Shown here: piece after piece, positions 1 through 12,715 of the stretch
How positions within the stretch are numbered: position 1 is the stretch's first letter
How the letters are laid out: each line of letters starts with the position of its first letter
Assembly: GCA_000320545.1 (NCBI GenBank)
Contig: ADNK01000541.1
Location: forward strand, 1-32,146
Length of the DNA stretch: 32,146 nt
DNA from: Bigelowiella natans CCMP2755
Taxonomy: Eukaryota; Protista; Cercozoa
Direction of reading: 5' to 3'
Program-made: the position numbers and the translations under genes
The notes under the pieces: model-generated
Database searches by the model: none
Seen by the model: the letters and a program-made list of their open reading frames with translations, nothing else
Told to the model about the DNA's origin: nothing

Positions 1-1426
1 TTTTGATCTTTTGGTGTGCATTCATGACAAGGTCAGACCCTTGTAGTTCGCCTTTCATTCCGGCAGTCCATCTTACGCCGCGGATCCATCCTTAAGTGTT
101 TCAAGTATAAGGCTTCATTAGGGAATGTGGGGGAAGGTAGGGGAAATCTCTAGGACCAATTTCACGGGTATGGGAATATACGAAAGACGATCACGGGGGG
201 GGGGGGGGGAGAGAGAGAGAGAGAGAGAGAGAGAGTGAGAGAGAAATGCCAAGGGAAATGGCGAAAAAACACCATTAAAAGTACCGATACTTCCCATTGC
301 CATGTAAGGAGGAGGATGAATCTCATCTATACCCTCTACAGCGCACAGAATACACACCTGAGCAGCCCCTCTTCCCCCCCCCCCCTCCGTTCATCGACAC
401 GAGGCCCTCCGTTTTGCTGCTGTAACACGCAAATTGCATTGTTTTCGGAAACACAACAGGTATCAACACGCGCTCACGCTCTGGTTCAGGCGTCTTTGTC
501 GTACCTACTCTCCCCTCCGACACATCGCGACCAGCGCTACCACCAGCGTCACCCCATTCCTCCCAGTAACTGCCGCACGGCGGCGAGGAGAATCATACCC
601 TACTACGTGAAGATATCCTTGGAGCAATTTCCTTCGGTGACTAAGGTACGAATAGGAACTAACGGAGAGCCACAAACCACAGCAGACGCGCCTGTGCAGC
701 ATACTACCGTAGCGATAAGAGAGATAACGACGACAACAATGATAACAACAACGACAACACGACGCAATAATTGTAGTGCATAAGCTACTCTCCACTACTA
801 CTACTAGTACTAATACTACTACAACTACTGATACTACTACTGCAACTACTGCACACTACTGCTGCTACTACCACCCCCAGGCCGGTGAGATCGGAGGGTT
901 GATGATGACTTTGCTCCGCGCGAATGAAGCTTTGAACGTGGAAGAGATGAGCGATCTCAAGGAACTCTCCTCCTCGTCGTCACCACCCAGCAGTAACATA
1001 CCATCTCCTCAACTGAGCTTCCTGTGTATATATGCCCTCGAGGAAATGTCGCACCGTATCACACAGCTCATGACCGATAGCAACCACGCCGAGGAAGACA
1101 AGGAGCAGCGGAGGCGAGAGGCAGTGGAGACTCTATTAAAAGGTTTCTTTCCTCCTTTTCTTGCCCGCGCTGCAATGGCTGGTCGTTCATTGGGATGCTG
1201 AAAGGATTGGTATTGCTAATTCACAGTGTATATGGAGGCCATGCAGCAGCTGGATATGCAATGGACCGACACACTTCTGAAGATACTCAAGTAATTCCAT
1301 TGTAGCAGTAGTATTGCAGCGCTGGTAGTGTGGTGTGGGGGCTGCATTGCACCGACAGAAAAGCGAGATGTTATAATCGAGATATCCAATCCAGCCGAGG
1401 AGACTAAGAGCGGTGGGAGGAGGGGG

Positions 1427-1473
<47 letters not shown>

Positions 1474-1978
1474 CAACCAACTAATATGTTCTTACTCTAC
1501 TCTCAGGCGATCATTCCAAGCCATAATCTCAAGCGCGCAGCATGGATCATCACGAAACAAGGAGGAGCCGAGAATAGGGGAGGGCACGGTCAAGCCTGAG
1601 CATAAAGACCATGACGGAAGAGACGATACCATTAGATCTCCGCGGCAGCGGGTTCTGACGATACAGCACCAAGTTAATGGGCTTTTGGCGGTCATTGAGC
1701 AACAGCTGGTGAGTACACCCATCATCTTGTTTCATCCATTAAGTTCTTATGATCCAATCGCACACTGCTGCTGCCACTTATAACAAAGACCTTATGATGA
1801 TGATGGTAATGATGATGATGATGATGATGATGATGATATCAAGGGCAACGGATTCGACCTGAACAGACGCGAGAGATGTATGCAGTGGCTGCTTGACACT
1901 CGGAAAGAACTATTCACAGCTTCCAGAGAGACCAAGCCAGGATATCACCGCGTAAGCGAGCCTCGAAGCAAGATATGA
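1..1978 (+). CDS. 5'-truncated multi-exon helical protein with C-terminal PTS1-like SKI; candidate peroxin Pex8-like
   Basis: GT-AG exons <1-31, 460-645, 881-1181, 1227-1290, 1507-1708, 1844-1978 join in frame (305 aa from nt 2): FDLLVCIHDK/VSTRAHALV...RIIPYYVKISLEQFPSVTK/AGEIGGLMMTLLRA...LCIYAL...GFDLNRRERCMQWLLDTRKEL...EPRSKI*. Motif order resembles my recollection of fungal and plant Pex8 C-terminal halves; not verified by search. Confidence 0.6.
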
Positions 1979-2746
1979 AAGCAGCTACATATATATATGC
2001 TATGTGCGACCGGTGGCACGTGTAGTGTTTATATGTGCAGGTTGCACACTACACGCCGTGCATCTCGGCTCCGTGTACAATGTCTCTTTGACATTATTAT
2101 GAGCAGACTTCTCCGTATTTATTGGGATAATATTACACCGTGGCAACGTGCTAGCTCTCTAGACTGCCGCGTGGCTGCTCTTGCGGCTCAATAAGAATGC
2201 TGTGCAAAGCTGTGGCTATAGCGAATATGAGCGCCTATACTTATAAAGAGCGTCGCCATCAGCCCCCCCGTGCTAGAATGCATCGAGCAGCAATGGGCTT
2301 TGTCGGCTCAGAGTCAATAGCGTATACACATTTAGATGAGATGGACACAATAAAACAATTACATTCTGTCAATTGTCATCCATAACCATATATATGTGTA
2401 TGTGGTAATGCAACATTCGGGTTTGCCGCCAAGATAACTTTTCACGCGCGCGCCTCATGACGCGATCACTAATATAAGGCATGAGCGTACACATGTGCAA
2501 TATTGTCTACCTTTTGTTTAATTATTTACATACACAGCATTTAATTCAATCGCTGTTTCCGTCACCATCGCTGGTAAAGTTCATGAGCAAGAGAGAACAG
2601 CAATGTTTAAATTTACGCCAACGCTGCGGTTTCATCGGTGCATACTCTTCCTACATTATTTCAAATACTACGCATGGAGGTTCTCCCGCGACTTTAGACT
2701 TTAGTTTATTCGATTCATTTTTTGTCACATTGCTGCACTACAACTA

Positions 2747-3992
2747 CTATATGTTGTAAAACCAAGTGTCCTCGTCGTAGCCATCCAGCATTCTCTGGCG
2801 TTTCGTAGCGCCGTCCAAAACCTTATTTATCCCCACGACGGTTTCTCCCATCATGACATCCTTCGTGACCACAGCTTGTGCACCCACGGTAGCCTCATCG
2901 CCGATCGTAATATCTCCAAGAACGGTGGATAGAGCCCCTAGCGAAGATCCCGACCCCACTGTAGGATGCCGTTTACCATCCACGCGCTTTCCTGTAGCTC
3001 CCAGTGTGACACCGTGCAGTATTAGCACATTGTCGCCCACAATCGCGGTTGCGCCGATGACAAGTCCTGTAGCGTGGTCCACGAAAACCCCATCTCCGAT
3101 TTGCGCTGCTGGATGAATATCGATCCCGTACTGCATCGACCTTTGTGTGAAAAAGCGTTGGAAAGCAAGCAGTGAGGAAAAATGGTCAGGCAGCACACTA
3201 TCACGCATCAAGATATATTCTAGCAGCTTCATCAACCAGCAATACATCGTGGTAATAGCAGGAACCCATCATCATGCTTCCTTCCTACCCGTGGCTTTGA
3301 AGTGCTAATGCAGTCTGACGGCTAATTGGAGTGCCCCTCTTCCACAAATTTCGTGCAATACGCGCGAGCGATACGGCGTGTAGTCCTTTGAAGTTGATAA
3401 AGGGCTGTAACACGCTCTCTACCACAAAGTCCGCTTCTATTGTTTTGGTCAGGTCTGCAATCATTCCGCGACGAACGGATGGCGAGGATGAACATATGCT
3501 GGTGATGAGCTCTGTCACGGCCTCAGGGTCAAAAATAGAAGGCGCTTCGCCGGGAGCTCCCACGCGCATGTGGCTCAAAATGATTCGGGCCATTGCGTCA
3601 GGAAGATCTTCAGCCTGCAAGATGGTGTGATTTACGTATCGACCTATCACAGGAGAGGAGACCAGTTCTCGAGCCTCAGCACGCATCATTTCGAGGAATA
3701 CTTCGCCCTGCAATTCGACTGTTGGATCTGTACTCTGGAGCAGATTTTCCAGAGACATAATGCGGTTGTGTGATGGCTCGACAGAAGCGACTCGCATCAA
3801 CTGTGCACGTCGCTGCCGCGAGCCGCAAACAAAACTCAACCCTTTCGCTCGATACGTAGGCGCCGTGCGATGTTGCAACTTAGTTGTTGAAACGCTACCG
3901 AGATGAGGAGGCCATTGAATTCTAGGCTCTAGTGCAAGGTGTAAGGAGATGAGCAGGATGGCTGCAACGCCCAAAGCGGATACAGTTTTCAT
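2747..3992 (-). CDS. cysE: Serine O-acetyltransferase (CysE/SAT) with bipartite signal + transit peptide, probably plastid-targeted
   Basis: Exons 3992-3289 and 3140-2747 (148-nt GT-AG intron) give 365 aa. Motifs FKGLHAVSLARIA, GIDIHPAAQIG, DHATGLVIGATA, HGVTLGATGK, RHPTVG and hexapeptide repeats; C-terminal WFYNI. N-terminus is hydrophobic (MKTVSALGVAAILLISLHLAL), followed by an R/S/T-rich, acid-poor stretch. Confidence 0.95.
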
Positions 3993-4861
3993 CTCACACC
4001 CTGACCGTCCGTTTCACTTCACACACTTGTAAGCTACCCTTGGGTTTATTTCGATATTTTTATCCCGCAGGATCCACTAAAAAAGGGGGGGGGGGGGGGG
4101 GCTGGGGCCCTGATGTGTATTCGTAATGTACGAGCTGGATTCTGTTATTCATCTGGATGCCGACTAGAAGAATTGGATGTGCTACCGGAATCCCGCCGGG
4201 ATTAACCCATATCATTCTCGAAACGCAGACCATTTTTCAATGTATTCTCGTGGAATTCCAAGCCGCAGGACGGAGAGGGCTTGGCACTCGTCCGTCTCGG
4301 CGTAAATCTCGCGTTTTATGCAAGACGCAGGGGTAGAGAGGGCTTGGTTTCTTCCCCGACTGGTCTAATTTTACCGCATCGCTAATTCTGGCGAAAAAAC
4401 TAGAAAATCACGTCATTTCATCATGTCGCTCGACGAAAACCCCCTATATTTTTGCAGGTCGGTTGAAAAGAACACACTGCTCGTAATACCAAAGACGCAT
4501 CGGGATGATAACTGATCGAAGGAGAAAGAAGCCAGGCTACCACCTCTGCAACCAAACGCGGCGGCCTGCGCCAGTCCTCTATCGCTTGAGCACGACGCTG
4601 CCTTTTATATATACTCTCTGCCTCAGATTTTCGATAGCCAACAAACGGTATTTTTTGGCGGATTCACGATTTGACTGACGTCGCTGCAAGCTTCTACCTT
4701 AGAATAATTGAAGGTAGCGAACGTGTTGAGTGCGAGACAAATGAGTGCTATGAGTGCTATTTTTGTGGGAAGAAGTAAAAGTCCGTGAGACAATTTGCGC
4801 ATGAATGGCAGCATTCATTCATTCGTAGATGTAATCGAATACTACTTGATTTAGGTTTGCA

Positions 4862-7800
4862 ATGGGAGTTTCCGTAGTCGTGGTGGTAGCGATACTCTTA
4901 GGGCTGGTGGAGAAAGTTTCGCTTGTACAAGCTGCTACAGCCACAACATCCCCTTCCAGATCACCCATGACGCTTAGCCCTTTCACAGCTTCACCAACCT
5001 CCACTCCTTCTCGATGTCCGACCACGTCTCCGTCAACGCATATGCCTTCGGAGTGCCCAACAATCACACCATCAACCCCTATAATAACTGCGAGTCCAAG
5101 CTCTCAGAACCCCTCAAGAAACCCAACTGCATCTCCTTCAACGAATTTACCCACTAGCAACCCAACATGCTCGCCGAACTCAGTCGCCCCTTCGTCATCG
5201 CCAAGCCTGTCTCCAAGTAGTACCTCTCCTACCACAGCACCGACTTCATCCCCGAGCACCTCCCCCTCTACTTCATCGCCATCTGGAGCTCCAACGGGAT
5301 CAGCTTTAACCTGGACCCCGACCGCCACTCCCACGTTCTCGCCTTCCACCGATTCCCCTTCAAACTCGCCGACTTTATCCCCGGCTACAACGTCTCCAAC
5401 ATCTGCTCCGACGAGATCACCATCGATGTGCCCCTCATCTTCTCCAACATGCTCGCCATCCAGTTCCAGTCCAGTGACAGCTTCCCCTTCAACTTCGTCC
5501 CCCTTCACAATCCACCCAACAATCAGTCCGGGAACCGAAGCTCCCAGCTCTGCGCCAACGACCTCGTCCCCGTCTTCATCTCCTACCTCCTGCGTGCCAA
5601 CTACCAATGCTCCGTCATCTACTCCGACAACATTAGCACCTTCCTATTCACCCACGACCTACACACCAACCACCGCACACCCCACAGCGGAGATTCCCAC
5701 GTTGGTCTCCATCAACGCCACGTTCCTTGGCTACGACTACTTCGCCCAAAGCCGCAGCAGCCAGATTGTCTTCGAGAGCGATTTCGTTCTGGCTCTGAGG
5801 ATATCCGAAGAGCCCCCGCTCGCGTCAGTGGAGATCGTGAGCGTCAGTCGCGGGGATGCGGGATCATCGACAGTGGTGACCAGCAAAGCTACTACCATCA
5901 ACCCCGTCGCAGGCCTGGCGTTCATTGAAAAGTTACGCAACAGTCCCGAGCAAGTCTTCTCCGCTGCGAATCAGTTCTCTGTGTCTCTATACGGCGTGCC
6001 GTCTGTGCTCGCTGGAGCTCCCACAAACGCACCGACAACTAGCAGCCCGACATCTTCCCCGTCCACGGCCCAACCGAGTCACTCTCCTCTCACATGGTCT
6101 CCCACCTCTCAGTTCCCCGAGCCATTCAACGCGACCATCACCGATGATCTACGTGCTATCAAGGTAGCATTGTCGTTACTATTAGTATTATTATTCTTGT
6201 TGTTTAGAGCATTAGCAGTAATAGAGGGCTGAAACTAGCTACCGCGGGGGAAAGCGGAAGGATAAGCATTTCGAAAGACGAAAACTAAGTGTTGTTGTTG
6301 TTGTTGTGTTGTGTTGTGTTGTGTTGTTGTCTCTGTTCCTGTTCTTAGGTCGTATTCACATTCCCCACGACAAGGCCAGGGGGGGGGGGAGGGTTTTCCT
6401 GTGGTGTTCTAATCCAACCCAGCTCTTCGTTGTCATCGCTCGGAGATGGAGCTGTGTGCAGCTGGACGAGTTCCCTCGTGCTTCTGCTGACATTCGGCTT
6501 CAACGCAAGTCTTCACGTTGGCGATTCGCTGACATTTAGAGCGAGAGTTTTCCCAAGACTCGAAGACGGCCTGTCTCTGTCTTCGCCGTTCTCGCTCCGA
6601 GTAGACGCTCCCTTGAACCCGATTCCCTTTCGCGTCAGCCTCTCAGCCGCCGCTAGCCCGGGGAGCGACAACGGAGTGATTGATGCGTGCGATGATAGGA
6701 TCCTCGTCTCTGCTGCGGTAGATTCTGCACATCTTGAGGATGCGGAGCAGGGCAATGGAAGGCCACTGCAGTACATTTGGAGTTACAACCCACTTGACGA
6801 CGTCACAGGTGACACCACAGCGATTCGGCTCCTTGTAGAAGAGGGCGGGCCTGCTGCTGGTGCTTCGGTGTTTGAAAGAAGCCAAATCGAGATGCCTGCA
6901 GCCGTAATGCCAGACGGAAAGCATAACTTCACAGTCAGAGTCGTTGACTGGGCGGGCGGGTACTCGGTCGGAACGCGAATCGTGCAAGCAGTGATCGGTC
7001 CTATCATCCGGGGGGGGGGGACGGGAGGGCGACCGTTGGACGCCCAATCGGTGACGACTATTAAACGCCACGAAGCCATCGACGTTGCTGTAGTAGTAGA
7101 GCCAGCACCATGCTCATCAGGACTGATATCACAGACATTCGCCGCAAGTAGCAGTAGCAGCAGCAGCAGGCTGGAAGTGAGAACCGAATGGACGCAAGTG
7201 TTGGGGGGCGTCTTCGCCTCCAAAAGGCTACAGAGCAGCTTCTTTCTTGGTCCGCGTCGACAGCAGTCATGGCGATTGTATATACCTGCGAACAACCTAA
7301 CGGCGAGCGGTCTCTACGGATTCAACCTCAATGCTAAGCTCATCGGCGTCGAGAGCAGCAACCACAGTTCGGTAGTAGTGCGGGGGGAGGCCAATAGGCT
7401 TTTCCAGATTAGGATTAGCAATGAGACCGCCTCCGTGCAGGCTCGCCTCAGTGGCGGGAACAACGCGTCCCGATCGGCCCCATTCGGGCTTGAAGGAGGA
7501 GCTGTGGACTTTGACGCTTCGCAGAGCTTTGACCCTGCCGACGAAAACGCTGTTCTGGAATATGCTTGGAGTGTCGTGAGCATGCGGCAAGGCTCGTCCG
7601 TTCCTTTTATATTCGCCGACGCTTCGAGGAGCAGGATAAGGGTCCCGACCTCCTCTCTAGCGGCTGCTCGCAGCGAGTATAAGGCAACCGTCCGCGTATC
7701 ATCGCCATCGTCCGGGAGCAGCTCAGCCGTGGCGTCTCAGTATTTTGTGACCACGGCTTCGCCCGACACCGTCATTGTAGACGTGAGAACGTTCGTGAGA

Positions 7801-9879
7801 CCGCGCCTGAACCCAAACTCGAGGTTGGCTATCGAAGCAGTAGCAGGCACCTCGCGCACAGGAGGAAGGATGAGCTCTGTGAGCTACAAGTGGTGTGTGA
7901 ATGAGAGAACGCAGTAGAGATCATTAGCCGGAAATTCTATTGCAGAGCCGCACTGTGGAGAAATAAACACACAAACACTTCATGAACCACCGCCGTAATG
8001 CAAGTAAGGCGTGTAAATGCAAGTTTTGTCCAAAGGCTTTTTTTGCGACTTTTGATGTGCATTTGGAGCGAACAAATTCGGGTTTGGGTTTGCAGGGGGG
8101 GAGGGGGAGGGGAAAGGCAGATTCACATTTGCCAGTTGGCATCATCCGTTTATGAGCTATTTATGAGCAATGTACTTCCATATCAACTGCAGGAATGTTG
8201 TGAGGGGTGCGAATCAGACCAAGCTGCTCTCCTACGAAGCGAATGATCTCATCGATACGAGGGGGGGAGGCGAAGAGCAAACAACGCGGATATTCCTCCT
8301 TCAGCCTGGAGACCTCCCCCCCTCCCCCTTTCATTACCACCTGCGGGTCACAGCAGCTAGAACACCGAATGGCGATGATGCGGGATTCTTCCAGGCCTCT
8401 TTCCTTATAAACTCGCCTCCTGTTGCGGGAGAAAACTGCAGCGTGTTTCCGAGGGAGGGGACATCTCTTCGGACGGCGTTCAAGCTTTCATGCTACCGAC
8501 TAGAAGACCCAGAAGGAGACCTTCCACTGAAGTATACGTTCCAAGCAGCCCCGTTTAGCCCCCAAGAGTTCATTGATATCTCCCCGGCTCAGGAGAGCAG
8601 CAGTTTCACCACGATTCTGCCGGCCACTTCGCAGGCTCTCCTCCCCAACCACGCGAGCAGCCAGAAGAAGAATTTCACGTTGAATCTACGAAGCATTGTG
8701 AGCGACTCTCTTGGCGCAACGACGAACATCATGTTCTCTGCCCGCGTGGCCCCCCCCCCAACCGACATTTCTCAGCTGAACATGACCGCTCTGAACGAAG
8801 AGGCGTTAAGACGCATAAATCTTGGTGATTTCTCGACGTGTGTACCTCTAATGGCGGCGTCCATTCAGCTCTTGAACGGGAGAATCAGCAGCAGCAGCTC
8901 AAAGGGAGCGCCTTTCTCCTTCATCAATGACGATGTAGATGCTGCTGTTGATGATCTGCTCAAAGTGCAGGCTTCGTACATCCGATTTGCAAGTAGATTT
9001 TCCTCGCCAAAGCAAGTAGCTGCGGCCACAAGAACCGCCGCTATCCTCCTCAATCAAAGACTGGCGAGCTTTGGCGCTCATATCATCACTCCAGGCGTCG
9101 GGGCATCGGCTCTAGAAATAGTGGAAGAGACGCTAAGTGACTTCTCACACATTGATGGAAGCTCAGAGACCCCAACTGTCTTGCTATCTATAATAGACAT
9201 CCTCCTCACTGCTGCTGCTAATAATAACAACACTCAGAATAGAGCTGCTGCAAACGCAACGAGGACACACACGACAACGGCCAGCCTACATCTGCTTGCC
9301 CCGCGCATCGGTAGAGCTGCCTTGAGTCTCGGAAGTATCTTGCTTTCATCTGCAGGAGTGTCAGGCCTTACATTGGAACTGCGGCAGGGAAACACGACGA
9401 TTGCGGCGCAACGAATCTCTCCTGAGATGACGATGGCAGATTCGCCAGATAGCTTGGGAATAGAGACTGCCTCTAGGTTATCCGGGGCTACCTTCACTGC
9501 AAACAGCCAACTCGCGCTGCTAGCCTCCGCTCCCGGCGGCAGCAGCAAGTTGGACGTAGTAATGATGTACTTCGCGGGAGAACTGTTTATCTCGAGCACC
9601 TCAGATGATGAAGGCGATGCTAGATTAGCGACTGGAGCATTGTTTGTGGAAATCCGGAGGGCAGGTGAGTTGGATCCCTTATCTGTGAACAACATCAATC
9701 CTCCATTTGCCGTGTCCATTCCCGTTACCTCCCCTCTGATAGCGGGTGCGCCGCCTGGCGATATTGCGGATAACTTCGAGTTCTCTTGCAAATTTTGGAA
9801 TGAGACATCGCAGGAGTGGGATTCAAGCCGTGGCCTTGATTTCCTTGGAATAGCAGCACCTGCATCGTCGTCGTCATCG

Positions 9880-9913
<34 letters not shown>

Positions 9914-12291
9914 ATGCATCCTCCTCCTCCTCCTGCTCCTCCTCCTCCTCCTCCTCGAAAACAGCTCTTTGTGCTACGCCGCACTTGACCGCATTTGCAG
10001 TCGAGTTTGGACACTTGACGAACCCACCCCTTCGGGTGGAGCGTTCCAACGCATATCTGATATTCTTCTGTTCCGCTACTGCTGTGTACCTGATTGGCCT
10101 ACCATTTTGCTGTTGGCGGAGGAGCCTTTCTCCTAAGAGTGACGAGGATTTGGAGAGAGAGTTCTGGACGGCCGCTGAGAGCAGCGGGAGGATCTTGACC
10201 ATGGGGACGCGCTCGTGGCAGGCAATGCGCACAGCAATTCAATCGAACATGACCGAGACCCACAGTTGGATATCTACGATGACGCATCACCAAGGGGGGC
10301 ACTACTCCTCCTTCAAGCGCTGGTCAGTGTTGTTCTCTCTTATTTCATTGCTTACTGCAATTACCGGTCTGCTTCACGAGAGCCATGCGCTGGGCTCCGA
10401 CTGTCTCCTCGTTGGCACCGCGGCAGCGCTCATCTCGTTCCCGCTTCCAACAGTCGCACAGCGGCTGTTTTTCTCCAGGCCATCGCCAAAGCGATTCGAG
10501 CTTCTCCTGCATCCGGACGACCTCGGGTTTCTCCTGGGAGTTTCTCTGGTGCTGGTCTTCAATTGCTTCTCCGCCGCCTCTCCGATCCGAATCTCTGGGA
10601 TTTCAGCAGCAGCCGCTCAGACCGCCGCGTCTCCGAAGAAGCCGAAGAGATCATCGATGGAAGAGGAAGCCATCCAAGCTTCCCCCCTCGTGCTGGCGAG
10701 GAGGGCCTGTAACGACAGTGCCGCCACCGCGAGCAACAGTAGAAGGCCGAGCGCGATCGCAGCTGAAGCGGTAGCAGCAGCAGTAGCAGCAGTAACAGCA
10801 GAGGATGACAACAACGATAAAAAAAAGGAGGAATGCAGCAAAGACGGGAAAGAGGATAGTAATCAGCAGCAGCGACAAGGAGGAGCAGGCCGTCCACGTC
10901 CTCTCGCACTTGCAGCCCCCCCCCCCCTTCACAGCAGTAATGGTAACGGAAGGAAGATCGTTGAAAGGACGAGAAAGTCGTCATCACTGAGCAAAACTCA
11001 TCGAAGAAGCAGCAATTCTATTGACGATGACTTTGCGCTTCGTCGAGCTACAAAGCTTGATGCCTGGGATAATGACAGTACCAACGGTCAGGTGTATAGC
11101 AACCAGAATATAGACCTACCCAGAAGTGCTGCTGGAGCAGCCGATGCTAGAAATGAGGATGACGCCCACGTAGTTTCCATCGTCTGCAAAGGGGAGGGGG
11201 CCAGTAAGAACCCTGCTGCACCGGTGCAGGGGGACGCAAAGCACAGCCGTAACTTTGAAGAAGCCACGATGGAAGAAACGAACGAAATTAACTGTTTCAT
11301 CTGCACGTGCAAAAAGACCGCTTCCTCCAACTTCGAGCATAACCTATGGGATAATATAGCCTTGGGGCTATGCTGGACACTGATGCTAGCATGCGCGGTG
11401 GTCGTCGTCGTATTGCTGAGAGATGTGACGGCTTCCCCTCTGAAGGCCATCGGAATCGCTCTCATGATGGATATCCTTCTCCGGCTGCTTGTGAATTTTT
11501 TGTTCCATTTCATCGTCCTTGCCCCGATATGCCGTCGGCCATTTGTGAAGATCTCAGCAGATGCTGAACGGGCGAAGCAACAACCGAAAAGCGGAGACAA
11601 CGACCCTGCGCGCGACGATGCTCGGCTGGAGAACCCCCCAGCACTGCATCCCCCTCCTGACCAGGCAGCTCTCGGCACCGTCAACATTGAATTCGAGTCT
11701 GGAGCGCTTGGGTTCAAGTTCTTGAATCGCAAGGTCACTCGTGTATTTGCAGGATCCCAAGCGCACCAGAAAGGGCTCGAAGCAGGTTGGAAACTCGCCG
11801 GCATCAATGGGAATACCGTTCATCAAGATGAGCAAGCATTTTACGAGCTGCAAAGGTGTCATCGCCTCTTCCCTCGCTTCAGTGTGGCATTCATCCCAAT
11901 CAAGAGCAAGGAAAGGAAGGAGAGGGGTCGGAAGGGATTGGCGCAAAAAGGTAAAAGCTTCAGCACTAGACCGCGCAAAAACATGGCTGTCCTCCCAGCT
12001 GGCTGGCAGCTGGGCACGGTGGGGGAGGATACCCAGGTTGATGTAAAGCAACAAAAAAGTCGGGTAGCGAGTCGTGTTCAAAGTTGCAGACCAAGCCGTA
12101 GACAAAGCCCAAGAAGTGCATCCAGAAGCCGGAAATCTGTGCGTTTTTCCCTGCCTGACCAGAAGAGCATAAAAGAAAATAGCATTAAGATTGTTATCCC
12201 CGGAGATAGCGTCACGGACAGTTATGTAAGCAGCAGCAGTAGTAGCAGCAGTAGTTCAAGTGAGACTGAGAGCGAGACAAAGAGGCAGTAA
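4862..12291 (+). CDS. Polycystin-1-like surface protein: signal peptide, S/T/P mucin-like repeats, SEA-like, REJ, GPS, ~5-6 TM, C-terminal PDZ
   Basis: Exons 4862-6163, 6349-7892, 8193-12291 join in frame (2314 aa). REJ motifs DASQSFDPAD, INSPPVAGENCSVFPREG, DPEGDLPLKYTF, VSDSLGA. GPS CKFWN..W..RGL...CATPHLTAFAV. PC1-type HSWIS..KRWSVLF segment. PDZ LGFKF..VTRVFAGSQA..GW.LAGING. Confidence 0.85.
4931..5700 (+). repeat. Coding Ser/Thr/Pro-rich (SPT/APT) repeats forming a mucin-like stalk
   Basis: Recurrent SPTxSP/APTxSP units in the translation; a shorter second block lies at ~6015-6110. Confidence 0.85.
9864..9957 (+). repeat. (TCG/TCA/TCC)n microsatellite encoding poly-Ser inside the GPS motif
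   Basis: Directly visible trinucleotide tract, in frame between W..RGL and CATPHLT. Confidence 0.9.
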
Positions 12292-12668
12292 TGGTAGGAA
12301 ATAGGCGTAAAATAATCGATAATTAAAATCTCTACGAGTAGACGCGTTTCTTGTATTTCTTGTATATGCTACGCATCTATGTGTTTAGGATGAGAGCAAT
12401 GCTGGCTGTTAGCATCTGCTTATTCGCATGATGGGCATGTCGCTGCTCTAAACTAGTGCATTGAGCTTGATTATTACCGTTGGCATACAGGCCATGCTCG
12501 CTCGGGATGCATTGAAACATAAACGTAGTGTTTAGAGTGTGCATCGGCTAAATGCATGCATCCATGTAAGACGTGTGCACTGTTACTCTAGCTAGCTAGC
12601 TACATTACAGACACAATCATGAGATGGATGTAATGAATATATTAATTTTTTCAAAGGTCATCTAAATG

Positions 12669-12715
12669 TAGCTATCTAGCTATCTAGCTATCTAGCTATC
12701 TAGCTATCTAGCTAT
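12669..12715. repeat. (TAGCTATC) tandem repeat, ~6 copies
   Basis: Five full copies plus one partial, in the convergent intergenic region. Confidence 0.9.

Noticed and set aside
4000-4860. Additional gene or RNA gene between SAT and the REJ gene
   Set aside because: Only splice-like signals consistent with a 5' UTR; no tRNA/snRNA pattern or credible ORF seen.
9234-11807. Long antisense ORFs (332 aa, 239 aa) and others opposite real genes
   Set aside because: Shadows of coding sequence and microsatellites with no recognisable domains.
12669-12715. Tandem repeats as a CRISPR array or telomere seed
   Set aside because: No spacers, eukaryotic context, and the unit is not a recognised telomeric repeat.
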